Below are positions 10,766 to 23,150 of a DNA stretch of 64,000 nucleotides, one piece after another. The DNA is from Azolla caroliniana. Lineage: Eukaryota; Plantae; Polypodiophyta. The notes under the pieces are model-generated. The model was not told the origin of the DNA. It ran no database searches and was given only the letters and a program-made list of their open reading frames with translations. How positions within the stretch are numbered: position 1 is the stretch's first letter; every line of letters begins with the position of its first letter. The translations under genes and the position numbers were made by a program. The stretch spans positions 12,276,001-12,340,000 of the forward strand of contig JBHGNT010000008.1 of the NCBI GenBank assembly GCA_043228905.1, given 5' to 3'.

Positions 10766-12964
10766 ATGGCGTCCAGAAGCAACCAAGCGGGAGAGCTCGA
10801 AAGGATGATGCTAATCGTCGAGCAAATGATGAGAACTCGGGACAACGACGCGAGCGTGGAGAAGGCTGTCGATCGTGTCGTAGAGCTCGAGGGCCAATTC
10901 GATGGAAGGAACGTTACGAAGTTCCTTGATGTATATAGAAGGGAGATGAATCAGAGGGACGTGTCTGAGGCACGTCAAATCGTAAGCTTCAAGAGAGTTG
11001 TCGCCAACAACATCCAAAGACGCGTCATCGAGCTTCAAGAAGGTAAGACAACATGGTCCGAGTTCGAGAAAATGATACTAGCGGAGTTCGTGACTGAAGA
11101 CTCAACGAGGATGACTCGACATGCCCTGATGAAGTGGATAGAGAAGAAGAATAAGAAGATGAGCGTCTCGAGGGTGTACGACGAATTCGACCAGATGTTT
11201 AGTCGTCTCCCCAATATGGACCAAGTGTTGCTTGAAGAGGACAAGACTTTGTACTTCTTGAAGGCCGTGGACATAAAGGATAGACGGGAGTTGGGGACTC
11301 TTCTCGAAGATGATACCCAAGCAAATGGGCTCGTAGCGGACTGGATCGCGGTGAAGCGGGCATGCAATAGGCTCGACAAGCGTCGCCAATGGGTTGATGA
11401 CACCGACTTGACGGGATCGACTACCACGGAGAAAGCAAGACCGCCGAAAGTAGCTGAGCCGCCAAGACAAAGTAACGTGGAAGAAAAGAAGATTGATGAC
11501 GACATCATTGAAGAGCTAGCGAAGAAGTTCGAGAAGGTCACGCTAGCCAACATGAATCGTCGGGGCCCTAAAGGAAAAGAACCCTTTAGATGCGTGTGGT
11601 GTGATAGCATGGACCACATGAGAAGGGATTGAGCGAGCCTTCGAGAGGCAATTCGACAAAATATCGTATACATAGAGGACAACATGATCTGCTCAAGCGA
11701 GACTAGAAGACCCCTACGGGTGAATTTCGGAAGAGGAGGAATGAAGAAATCTATGGAGGATGCCGATGCGACTCATGTGGATGCGATGCACTATGCTGCG
11801 TCGGCCGGAATAAGAGTCGGGAAAGACAAGAATAAAGCTGCTAGAGCGGGAGCAAAGTTTTGGACTTCCGTTCTCAAATATGAGAAGAAGGGAAAAGTCA
11901 CATCGAACGAGGTAGAGCTTGCGGACTGAAGCATGCAAAGCATAACCGGGTGGTCGGATCCGGTGGACGACAACACCATACTCGCAGAGGTGATGTGCGA
12001 CAACCACGAGGTGTTCGTCGAAGAAAAGAGAAAGAGAATAGAAGAGCAAGGCCCATAAAAAAGACATGAAACAAGGAATGAGAAAAAGAAGGATGATGCG
12101 GAGATGAGTCGACCTTTACAAACGGAGGAACGAGAATCAAGCCGAAAAGGGGAGCCGAGCATACGAGTTGAAGAAACGGTTCGGCCCGTGAAGGTTGGTG
12201 TCGAAGACCCCGCTCGGAGGACAAGGAATATACCTACCTATAAGCTAAGGTCGGACATAGAGCAGACGATGGACCTAAAGAAGATTCTCAAAGAACGAGT
12301 TCTTGATAGCCATGTAACTTTGTCCTTGAGGGAATTGCTTGGCATTACGAAGAAGAAGTTCCATGACACGATCGTGGACCTTGTAAAGAGAAAGATACAA
12401 CAATCGGACGAGGAAGAAGAGAAGCCGCAAAAAGCAAAAACGAATGCCATAACGATGGCAAGAGACGAAGTCGATGAAGATATGGTGGACAACCACTATA
12501 CTCGACCTCATTGGGCACGAGCGACAACGGAGACGCCGGTGAAGATCTGGGAGAAGAAAGAGACCGTGGTAGCCTTGATCGACCACGGCTCGGAGATCAA
12601 CCTCATGTCAACCGACTTCTACAAAAAAGGAAGATGAGCAATCAATACAAACCACGGATGGAAGATTCGTGCGGCAACAAAGTCTACGGAGGACTTGTAC
12701 GGAGCTTGTCCCAATATCAAAGTCACAATCGGGGATGTGGAGATGGATCAACACTTCTTCGTACAAGAATCGGCATCGTATCCTGTCATCCTAGGGCAAC
12801 CTTATATCACATCATCTCGGATGGAGACCAAAGTGTTTGATAATGGAGCAGCCTTCGCACGAATAAAGAGTCTTGACAACCAAAGATCGGTCCAATTCCT
12901 AACGGTGCGAGCTAATCATGAAAGGAATCGAGATAGTCTCGGAGGCGAATCCTCGGATTTTTAG
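10766..12964 (+). pseudogene. gag: gag-protease ORF of C (several stops)
   Basis: GQFDGRNVTKFL, CVWCDSMDH knuckle, protease ALIDHGSEINLM..VILGQPY; ends GGESSDF*. Confidence 0.88.
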
Positions 12965-13018
12965 AGCGAACTATTGAAGCATAGGGCACAAATAGTCCGA
13001 GCAATCACAAGACCCCAC
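12955..13018 (+). promoter_or_regulatory. Putative -1 ribosomal frameshift signal of C (partly mutated)
   Basis: G GAT TTT TAG, stem CGAACTATT/AATAGTCCG, downstream CCCCAC; homologous to the intact copy at 32517. Confidence 0.65.
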
Positions 13019-13949
13019 AAGAAAGAAGAGTGCGTGGATTGCGAGGAGAAGCAACATGTGTCACACCTAGTGGCGCATGTAAACTAGTACTACCCGACAA
13101 GAAGCACAAGCACCGGATACAAGAATTCGAGAAGATGCTGAAAGAAGAAAACATAATAGAAGAAGGAGAGTTCGTGACTCATATTATGGAAGAAGCCTCA
13201 TTTAACGACACCATCGGTGAAATCGAGGACGTCGTGGACTAGAGCTATCTTCACAACCAATGTGTGATTTCGGTTAACTCCGTCAACATGTACGCTATCA
13301 TCGATGAATACCATCGTGGCATCTTGATGAAGGAAGCTGACATCAACACGAAATATAAAACAGTGGATAAGAAGATCAAGCCAATTGCGGTTCCGCTACC
13401 AGAAGATAGCTGGCAAAAGATGAAGGAAGGTGCTAACGATCCAAGCTTAAGAGATCCGAAGAAGATAGGTCATGTCTTCACCAAAGAGACGAAGGGGAAG
13501 CTACGAGTTGGAAAGGAGGATTTCCTTCTCCCTGAAGAGGAGCGAATGTTTCCGATATGCTTGAGAGACATGGGAAGGCTTTCGCATTCTTCCCACGAGA
13601 AATCGGATGCGCCAACCCAAAGGTTATAGAGCCGATGGTGATCTTCACGGTGCCTCATGTGCCTTGGAATTTGAAACCGATACTGGTTCCGAGAGCACAC
13701 CTTCCGAAGCTGATCGAGCTCTTAAAGGAGAAGGTGAGTATGGGAATTCTAGAATTGTCGAATGCTCCTTATTCCAATAGGTGGCTAACGGTGCCGAAGA
13801 AGAATGGATCATTGTGATTCATCCAAGATCTTCAACCCGTCAACAAGGTGACAATTCGAAATGCCGGAATCGGTCCGAGTGTGGACGAATTTGCCGAAGC
13901 GTTTGCGGGCCGGTCCATCTACTCCATTGGCGATCTCTACTCTGGATAT

Positions 13950-14689
13950 TGACAAGAACTCAAGTCTCCTTTGCGCAACGATCGGCCACAACCGAGCGTA
14001 GGATCATACACAGAAAACGGGAAATAAAACACGACACGAAGAAAGGAAGAGTACGCGGGATGTTTACGTGGAAAACCCCAAACTAGGGTAAAAACCACGG
14101 CAGCCCACAGGCTGCAAACTATCACTATGTTAGAATGTACAACAGTGAGTTCACAGAGGCAACGACTCGTGCTCACGATCTTCGCCACAGGCGGCGGTTA
14201 CAACAAAGGCAACAACCTCTTTCTCTCTCTCTCTCTCTCTGCACACAGTTACACACTCTCTCACTCCTTGCACCAACGAGAATGACAACCCATTACACAA
14301 AAGTTTGCCCTAAGTCATATTTATACTAATATGACTTTTCGGCTATTTACAAATATAGCCTCGATGGACTCTCGTAACTTTGCACTCTTCATCCGGTCTT
14401 CACCGGGTCTGTATCATCCGGTTCTCCGAAGCCGGGTACACCTCATCCGGTTCATACCGGGTCTGCACCATCCGGCTCTCCGTAACCGGGTACTCCTCAT
14501 CCGGTTCATACCGGGTTTGCACCATCCGGCTCTCCGTAGCCGAGTACTCCTCATCCGGTTCATACCGGGTCTGCACCATCCGGCTCTCCGTAGCCGGGTA
14601 CTCCACATCCGGTTTCGGCCTCGGCCCAGTTTGTTCATCAGCACTGTTCTTCTTCTGCCTTCCCATCCGGAAGGACCTGTCTCCCAACA
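13950..14689 (-). repeat. 3' LTR of E (about four 54-bp tandem units at ~14395-14610)
   Basis: Matches 18764-19506. Confidence 0.93.
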
Positions 14690-14699
14690 AACTCCCCCT

Positions 14700-17600
14700 T
14701 CACTCTGGCATGGGGTGTCTTACTAGACCGATCCTCCTCCGACATGCATCCAGCTCGTCGGGTATCAGAACTTTGGTCAGCATATCTGACCCGTTCTCGG
14801 CCGTGTGGATCTTCGTCAGTGCGAACTCCTGGTCATCTATTCTTTCCCGGATCCAGTGATACCTTCGCTGGATATGCTTCGTCCGGGAATGGTAGGACGC
14901 ATTCTTAGCAAGTTGAATGGCACTTTGACTATCGCAATAGAGTCGGTATTCATCTTGCCGGATACCGAGCTCTCCGATGAAGTCCTTCATCCATAATATT
15001 TCCTTGCTGGCTTCCACAACTGCCATGTACTCTGCCTCCGTGGTTGACAATGCAACCGTCTTCTGCAGCCTCGACTACCACGAAACAACTCCCCCTACAT
15101 ATGTCATTACATACCCGAATGTAGACCGGCTGGTATGCACATCAGCCGACATGTCCGAATCGGTGAAACCGTCAAGTTGAGGTTTTCCGGAGCTGAATCA
15201 GAGACACATATTTGAAGTGCCCTTCAAATACCGGAGTATCCATTTGACCGCGTTCCAGTGCTCCTTCCCGGGATTGCTCATGAACCGGCTCACTACTCCG
15301 ACTGCGTATCCTATATCCGGTCGGGTACACACCATTGCGTACATTAAGCTCCCGACGGCAGAGGCATATGGAATCTTCATCATATCCGCCTTCTCTGCTT
15401 TCGTCTTCGGGCTTTGCTTACCGGATAACCTGCAGTTTGCCGGAAGTGTCGATCTGACCGGTTTCACATCTGACATGTTGAACCGGTGAAGCACCTTTGT
15501 CACGTACTTCTCCTGTGACAGCCATAATTGCTTCGCTGACCGGTTCCGGATGATGTGCATCCCCAGCATCTGTCTTGCAGGACCCATGTCTTTCATTGAG
15601 AAGGTCCGGTTGAGGGCCTTCTTCAGCATCTGTATTTTGACTTGATCCCGTCCGACGATCAACATGTCATCCACGTACAGGAGGAGTATCAGGAAGTCGC
15701 CTCCTTCGAACTTCTTCACAAACACGCAGTGATCGGCCTGCGTCTTGTGGTACCCTTGATCGGTCATGAAGGAGTCGAACTTTCGGTACCATTGCCGGGG
15801 GGCCTGCTTCAACCCGTAGAGGCTCTTCTTCAACCGGCATACCAGGTGCTCCTTCCCTTTCTCCACGAATCCTTCCGGTTGCTGCATGTAGATCTCCTCA
15901 TCGAGGTCGTCGTGAAGGAATGTCGTCTTCACATCCAGCTGTTCTACCTCGAGGTCCATGCTTGCCGCTATACTCAGCACCGTCCAGATGGAGGTCATCT
16001 TTACTACCGGGGCAAATATCTCGTCAAAGTCCACGCCCTTTTTCTGCTGGAACCCCTTCACCACGATCCTGGCTTTGTATCTCGGGGGGTTGCCGGCATC
16101 TCCCGGTTTCAACTTGTACACCCACTTGTTTCTGAGTGCCCGCTTTCCTTTCGGCAACTCCACCAATTCGTACGTATGGTTCTCATGTAGGGAATTCATC
16201 TCATCCTGCATGGCACTTAACCATTTTCGGCTGTGGGTGTCATCCTTTGCTTCTTCGAAGCTTTCCAGCTCCCCCTTATCGGTCAGCAGCACATGCTCTG
16301 CATCCGGAAATCTCCGGGGGGCCCTTCTCTCTCTGAGAGGATATCTCCGTCTTCGGGCTTTAGTAACTGGCTCCTCCATTTGCTCTTCATCCGAATCTAT
16401 TTCGGGGTCTTGGCCGGTTCCGGTTTCAACTTCCTCTACTTCTTCTTCTGTCGGTTCGATACCGACTGGTTCCTCGAGTGCTAACCGGTCTCTTGCCAGT
16501 TGGGTTTGCTCATCATAGAGTCTATCCTTACCGGTAGCCTCAGAGTTCATTATCTTCTTCTCCGATTCCCAATCGGCGAGCGTCTTGTCCTCCATGAAGA
16601 TAATATCTCGACTCCGGAATACCTTCTTGTCGACCAGGTCCCACACTTGGTAGCCGAACTCATTGTCACCATAACCGAGGAATATGCATGGCCGGGTCTT
16701 TGGATCTAACTTTCCTCTCCGGTCCTTAGCTACATGCACGTACGCGAGACACCCGAACACCTTCAGATGCCGGTAGGATATCTCCTTACCGGTCCACACT
16801 CTCTGTGGCGTGTCTCCGTCCAAAGGTACTGAGGGTGATCTGTTTATCACGTATGTCGCCGTCGACAGTGCCTCAGCCCAAAACTTCTTGGGTAGTTTTG
16901 CATGCGCTAGCATACTCCGGACCCTCTCCATTATGGTCCGGTTCATCCTCTCGGCCAGTCTGTTTAGTTCCGGCGTCTTCGGCACGGTAAATTCGAGCCG
17001 GATTCCCTTCGAGCGGCAATACTCCTCGAACTGCCCCCGGTATTCTCCTCCGTTATCTGCTTGAACCGCCTTCAGCTTCCGGCCGGTTTCTCTTTCCACT
17101 CTCGCGTGGAGCTCTTTGAAGACGGATAGCACCTGATCCTTCGTCTTCAACGGTGTGGCCCACAGCTTCCGACTGTGGTCATCTATGAACGTCATGAAGT
17201 ACTGCGCTCCGGCATGTGACTTCGTGTCTACTTGACACACATCTATATGCAACAACTCCAGTGGTGCATTGCGTCTCATCGGTGGCCTTTGTCGGAAGGA
17301 GGTCCGGTGTCGCTTACTGGCCAGACAATCAGTGCACTTCTCCAAGTGCACGTTCTTCACTGGAATGAGGTTGTCGTCTGCAATCCTCTTCATCCCCTTC
17401 TCGCTCATATGACACAACCTCTTGTGCCACAGCTCACCGGCAGTGTTGGATGCCATGTTCACTTCCTCCGGACATAACCGGGCATTCATCAGGTACAGTG
17501 TGTTTACCTTCTGGGCCCGAGCCACAATCAGGCTCCCTTTGCTGAACTTCATGACACCGTTCCGGATGCTACTCGTGTAGCCCTCATTATCTAGCCGACC

Positions 17601-18734
17601 GACTGATATCAGGTTCAGTCGAACCTCCGGAACGTGTCAGACATCCCTCAGCAGCAACTTGTATCCGGTTGGTGTCGACAGCCACACGTCTCCTATGCTG
17701 ACAATTCGGCATGTACCTTCATTCCCAATCCGGACACAACCGTGATCACCGGCTGAGTAGGATGAGAAGCATTTCCGGTCCGGGGTAAGGTGGAACGACG
17801 CTCCGGAGTCTACCACCCAGGTCATCTCGTCGCCGGCAAGGTTTATCTCACTCTCCTCGGTGATGAGCATCAACTCCTCTTTACTTGCCGCAATTGCCGT
17901 CGTTACCTTCCGGTCCGGTCCCCTACGGTCTTTACCGTTCCGGTCCGGTGTCCGCTTTGAATTGGTGCCGTCGGTTTCCTTGTCTTTACGGAAGTGCCGA
18001 TAGTTCTTCTGGAAGTGTCCCGGCTTGCCACAATAGAAGCAAGTAGGCCTCCCCCTTGATTTTGACCGTGTCCCCGACTTCTCCCAGTTCTGGGGACTAC
18101 GGTTTCTATATCTTCCGCGTTCCGATTCGGTAAGGAGCGCTTTGGAGTCGGAGCTCATATCCTTATCTTTCTGACGCGCCTCCTCATCTAGCAGGCTTGA
18201 CTTCACTCTTGCTAGGGAAATACGTTTTCCTTCCGGCCCGACGTTGCCCAAAGTGACAACTAACGTCTCCCAGCTATCCGGGAGGGAACCGAGCAGGAGT
18301 AGCGCAAGTACCTCATCGGCGAGCGGTACTTCCAATGAAGTTGCCTGGTGGATCAGCCCCTGGAAGGCATTCATATGCTGCGCCATGCTGGAGCCATCTT
18401 GGTACCGGAGTCTTACTAGCTTCCGGAATACCGAAACCTGGTTAACAACATTTTTGTTTTGAAACATTATGCCAATCTTCTCCCAGAGCTCATGAGCCTT
18501 GCTCTCTTCATTGAAGTTGTTGTATAGGCTCATGTCGATGAAGCACCGTATGTACGCCGTTGTCTTCATGTGCATCACCTCCCATATCGCGACGTCGATT
18601 TTGTCCGGTCTCTTGTCCTCGAACTGAACCGGCAGCCAGAGGTCTTTAACCACCAGCATGTCCCTCATCTTCGACTTCCACACCGAATAGTTGGAGCCGG
18701 TGAGCTTGACCATGCCACCAAACGATTCGTCCAT
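14700..18734 (-). pseudogene. pol: gag-pol of E with premature stops (~17637, ~17590, 15198, ~15076)
   Basis: ORFs 17637-18734 (gag, knuckle, DSGAS), 15198-17552 (IN, RT YVDDML) and 14700-15050 (RNase H). Confidence 0.93.
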
Positions 18735-18763
18735 TTTCTGTGTTGTTATGCTCTGATACCACT

Positions 18764-19506
18764 TGACAAGAACTCAAGTCTCCTTTGCGCAACGATCGGC
18801 CACAACCGAGCGTAGGATCATACACAGAAAACGGGAAATAAAACACGACACGAAGAAAGGAAGAGTACGCGGGATGTTTACGTGGAAAACCCCAAACTAG
18901 GGTAAAAAACCACGGCAGCCCACAGGCTGCAAACTATCACTATGTTAGAATGTACAACAGTGAGTTCACAGAGGCAACGACTCGTGCTCACGATCTTCGC
19001 CACAGGCGGCGGTTACAACAGAGGCAACGACCTCTTTCTCTCTTTCTCTCTTTCTCTGTACACAATTACGCGCTCTCTCACTTCTTGCACCAACGAGAAT
19101 GACAACCCATTACACAAAAGTTTGCCCTAAGTCATATTTATACTAATATGACTTTTTGGCTATTTACAAATATAGCCTCGATGGACTCTCGTAACTGTGC
19201 ACTCTTCATTCGGTCTTCACCGGGTCTGTATCATCCGGTTCTCCGAAGCCGGGTACACCTCATCCGGTTCATACGGGGTCTGCACCATCCGGCTCTCCGT
19301 AGCCGTGTACTCCTCATCCGGTTCATACTGGGTCTGCACCATCCGGCTCTCCGTAGCCGGGTACTCCTCATCCGGTTCATACTGGGTCTGCACCATCCGG
19401 CTCTCCGTAGCCGGGTACTCCACATTCGGTTTCGGCCTCGGCCCAGTTTGTTCATCAGCACTGTTCTTCTTCTCCCTTCCCATCCAGAGGGACCTGTCTC
19501 CCAACA
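18764..19506 (-). repeat. 5' LTR of E
   Basis: Direct repeat of 13950-14689, adjacent to the PBS. Confidence 0.93.
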
Positions 19507-22082
19507 GCTATGACCAATTCCAATTGGCGATTGACAGTCGGGACATTACAACCATGAGGACTCTGATCGGGCTTGTGCGGATGTGTACCTTACCCCAAGG
19601 CGCAACGAACTCGGTGGCTCATATGGTGAATGCCATGAATAAAGTCTTGAAGGATTGCATCCCGGACATCACGATGCCATTCTTGGATGATATTCCGATA
19701 AAAGGATGTTCGGATGAGGAGAAAGATGAATTGAAAGATAAGGAAGGTTGTAGAAAGTTCGTTGCGGATCATATGAAAGATTGCGAGAAGGTGCTTCAAA
19801 GGCTCGAAGATGCGAATTTGACATTTTCGGGAGAAAAATCCGCATTCGGGCAACCAGAGATCTTGGTGGTAGGTCACTTGTGTGGAGCATACGGCCGGAA
19901 GCCCTCGCCATCCAAAGTGAATGCAATCCAAGACATGAAAGAAGAATGCGAAAACCAAATGGAGGTTCAAAGGTTCCTTGGAGCGTGCACGTTTTATCAT
20001 ATATGGATTCCTCACTATGCTCATGTCGTCGAACCATTATATGGACTACTAAAGAAAAGAATGAAGTTCGAATGGCGAGACGAGCACACAAATGCGATGC
20101 GAAGATTAAAGAAACTGCTTCTTGAAGCTTCGGCACTAAGGAAGGCCAACTATGCCGAAGGGAAACCAATTTACGTGACCGTAGATACGAGCCCAACCGG
20201 AATCGGGTGGGTCATCAATCAAGAAGGTGAAGATAATGTGCGATATGCCGTCCGGTTCGAAGCAAAGGTTCTCAGCGAATGGCAACAAAGATATGCCCAA
20301 GTCAAGCGGGAACTTTGGGGTATTGTGTCGGCAGTGAAGACGGACAAAGATTACCTGATCGGGTCAGAAGTGATAATAGAGATAGATTGTCTCCCAATTC
20401 TCGGAATGGTCTCGGGATGTGCGACCCCAGATCTTGCTATGCTAAGGTGGATCGCCTACATCAAGTCTTTAAACCCAGAGATCCATCACATTGCAGGGAA
20501 GAAGAACGCCATGGTTGACATGCTGTCGAGGGCAAGATTTTCAAATGGAAGTAACATGGTTTCGGAAGATGAAGATGTCGCCCTCGACTTCTTCAAGATG
20601 GCTTGATTGTCAGCGGAAGACCAGGACACGCAAACCCTCCATGCCTTCAACGAGAACGAGTACGAAGGAGAGTGGTTACTCATCGGTAGATTCCTAAGAA
20701 CATTGACGACAGATGCTTCGTTGACAAAGGAGGAGGCCCTACGAATCCGAAAGAAAGCTTACCGATACTTCTTGAAGGGAGGATTCCTTTGGCGACATCC
20801 AAAAAGAAGGACAGGAATACCACGTCGAGTGGTGGTAAAGAAAGAAGAGCAAGAGACACTGATGACCGAATTCCACGAGAGTGCTTGGGCAGGTCATAGA
20901 GGAACATGGGCGATGTTCGAAAAGTTGAAGGAGAAGTACTGGTGGCCAAACATGTACAAAGATGTACTCCATTTCGTGTCCACATGCGAAACTTGCCAAA
21001 TATATTCAAATATACGTCATCGTGATGAGTTACAACCGACATACCCACTCACCATACACTTCAAATGGATGGTGGATCTGGCCTCGATGCCAATGGGAGT
21101 GGGACAAATGAAGTACTTAGCGTTGGCAAGGGAAGACTTGACAAATCAAATGGAAGGACGAGCCTTGACAAATAAGACGACTTCAGCCGTTTGCAGATTT
21201 CTGCTTGAAGAGGTTGTTTGTCGATATGGATGTGTAGGGAAGATAGTGGCCGACCGAGGGGAGTTGGACGCGCACGAAGCAACGGAGCTCTTCGATAGAC
21301 TAGGTGTGAAGCTCTCCCTCACGACTGCCTACAATCCGGAAGCGAATGGGAAGATCGAGCAAGGGCATGGAACTATCGTTAAAGCCATCGTACGGGCATG
21401 CAACGGTCGAGTCGGGAATTGGCCACGACTATTACCCTATGCCTTGTGGGCCGATAGAACGACACATAGCTCAGTGACAGGGTATATGCCGACGGAGCTT
21501 ATGTATGGACAAAAGCCGATTATGCCCATCGAAAGGACGATCGCCTCATGAGTAGCGATACCGTGGGAGAACGAGATGAGCCGAGAAGAGTTATTAGCGG
21601 CGTGGATAAGGCAACATGAAAGAAGACCTGAAGATTTAGAAAAAGCACGAAAGATGATGGAGGCAGCCCGAGTAAAGAACAAAGTTCGGTTGGACAACAC
21701 GCATCGACTTCGTCCCAAGAAGATTAAAGAAGGGGATTGGGTTTTGGTTTACGACAGCACCCTTGACAATCAACACAGTACAACAAGGAAGTTTGTAAGA
21801 ACATGGTTCGAGCCGTATGTGGTGACAAGTGCCAACGATAATGCCACATACCACCTTGCGGAACTAGACGGATCAAGGTTGGTCGTACCCATTGCGGGAA
21901 AAAGAGTAAAGATTTTCAAGAAAAGACAAGACAAGGATCCTGACCTCGATTACCTCGACGATGAACATAATAGGGCGGATGTAAATGAAGACATGGAGGA
22001 ATCTAATTGATCACCGTAGCCGAAATCTCACTTTCTCTCTTCTTGGCACGTACCGGAGGACGTGCGGTTTGGTGGGGGTGGA

Positions 22083-23150
22083 TGTCGTGAAGATTTTCGG
22101 CAATAGTGTGAAAAATCCCATAAAACGTACAAAATTGAGTATGAATCACATAATACAATAATTGTGAAGATAACATTTTAAATAAATTTAATACCTAAGT
22201 ACAAAATGATGGAGGTTTCGAATGCACTTTATTACACGAGAAACGGACAACTAAATGTCAAGATATGAGGGTATAAAGTTTGTAAAAGGAAAAGAGAAAA
22301 TTGTGAGATATCCCACATAGGCACGACAAATACGGCTCTCATCATATATAAGGTAGAGCAAAAGATATTATCTTTGTGTCTATGTGTGGAGCATAGAGAG
22401 TTCAAGGTAACTTGAACTAAGAGTGGAGGTGGGCTAGCTACTCATAAAGGGTTTTGGCCAACCAAAACCGGACCGGCGATGGAGCCGGTGCCAGTGAGAC
22501 ACCGGCATCCGGCGGCAATCCGGCGACGACAAGGCGGCGGCATCCGGCGAGGCACCGGTAACCGACGACATTCGGGTAACCGGCGTCCGGTGACTAGATA
22601 AATAAATATATAAATATATATACATATATACATATACAAGGAGGGCAAGTAAGGATTCGAACCTTGCACCTCTGAGTTAGGAGTCAATTGGCTTACCATT
22701 TAGTTGAATTTATATTTCTATCATTATACTTTTATGTGTAAATTCTCATACATGAGAGCTAAAATGAGTGACATGGTTATCATGCACCACATGTAATACA
22801 TAAGCGCCAAATGGCAAGCATGCATTTTATGCATGTCTTGTACCCTCACATGCATCATATGCATGAGAGCATCTATAAAAGAAGAAAGGGGGAGGAGAAA
22901 AAACGCGTTTTTTTTTGTTATGAAATTAAGAAGAAGAAATAGATTATCAAATTGATCGTGTAACTTGTTTCTTAAATCCAAAGATAAAAGTTCAATCAAT
23001 CTCTCTCAATCGTTTAATCTCAACTTCTCTCTTTCCCAATCTATCTTAAGTACTTTCTCGCCAAAGCTTGTACCGACTTTGAATCCTTTCGGTCCAGAAC
23101 CCCAGCGGTTCCGCCTCACGATCCGCGCGTAGTGACGGATCTTCACGACA
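22083..23150 (+). repeat. 3' LTR of C
   Basis: TGTCGTGAAGAT...ATCTTCACGACA 12-bp terminal inverted repeat; preceded by PPT GGTGGGGGTGGA. Confidence 0.92.

Larger units (their letters stand above)
13950..19506 (-). mobile_element. Element E: full-length Ty1/Copia (Tnt1/Tork-like), related to D in pol but with different LTR and gag
   Basis: LTRs 13950-14689 and 18764-19506, TSD GATAT/GCTAT (1 mismatch), PBS TGGTATCAGAGC (18750-18761), PPT at 14690-14700. Confidence 0.95.
12961..22010 (+). pseudogene. pol: pol (RT-RNase H-integrase) of C, split by E at 13950-19506
   Basis: YSNRW.TVPKKNG, DLYSGY|DQF across the E insertion, LPQGATNS, FLDDIP, TVDTSPTGIGW, GHRG..C..C, YNPEANGKIE; no chromodomain seen. 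Confidence 0.9.
4394..23150 (+). mobile_element. Element C: Ty3/Gypsy (tRNA-Trp-primed group), interrupted by Copia D and E
   Basis: Two LTRs, PBS, gag-PR then RT-RH-IN order, PPT; B sequence resumes at 23151. Confidence 0.92.

Noticed and set aside
19197-19506. N-terminus of the 469-aa ORF 19197-20606
   Set aside because: Chance in-frame fusion of the antisense E LTR to the RT of C.
21850-22010. Chromodomain at the integrase C-terminus of C or F
   Set aside because: Only a GPY/F-type region and a short acidic tail; no chromodomain aromatic pattern or length.
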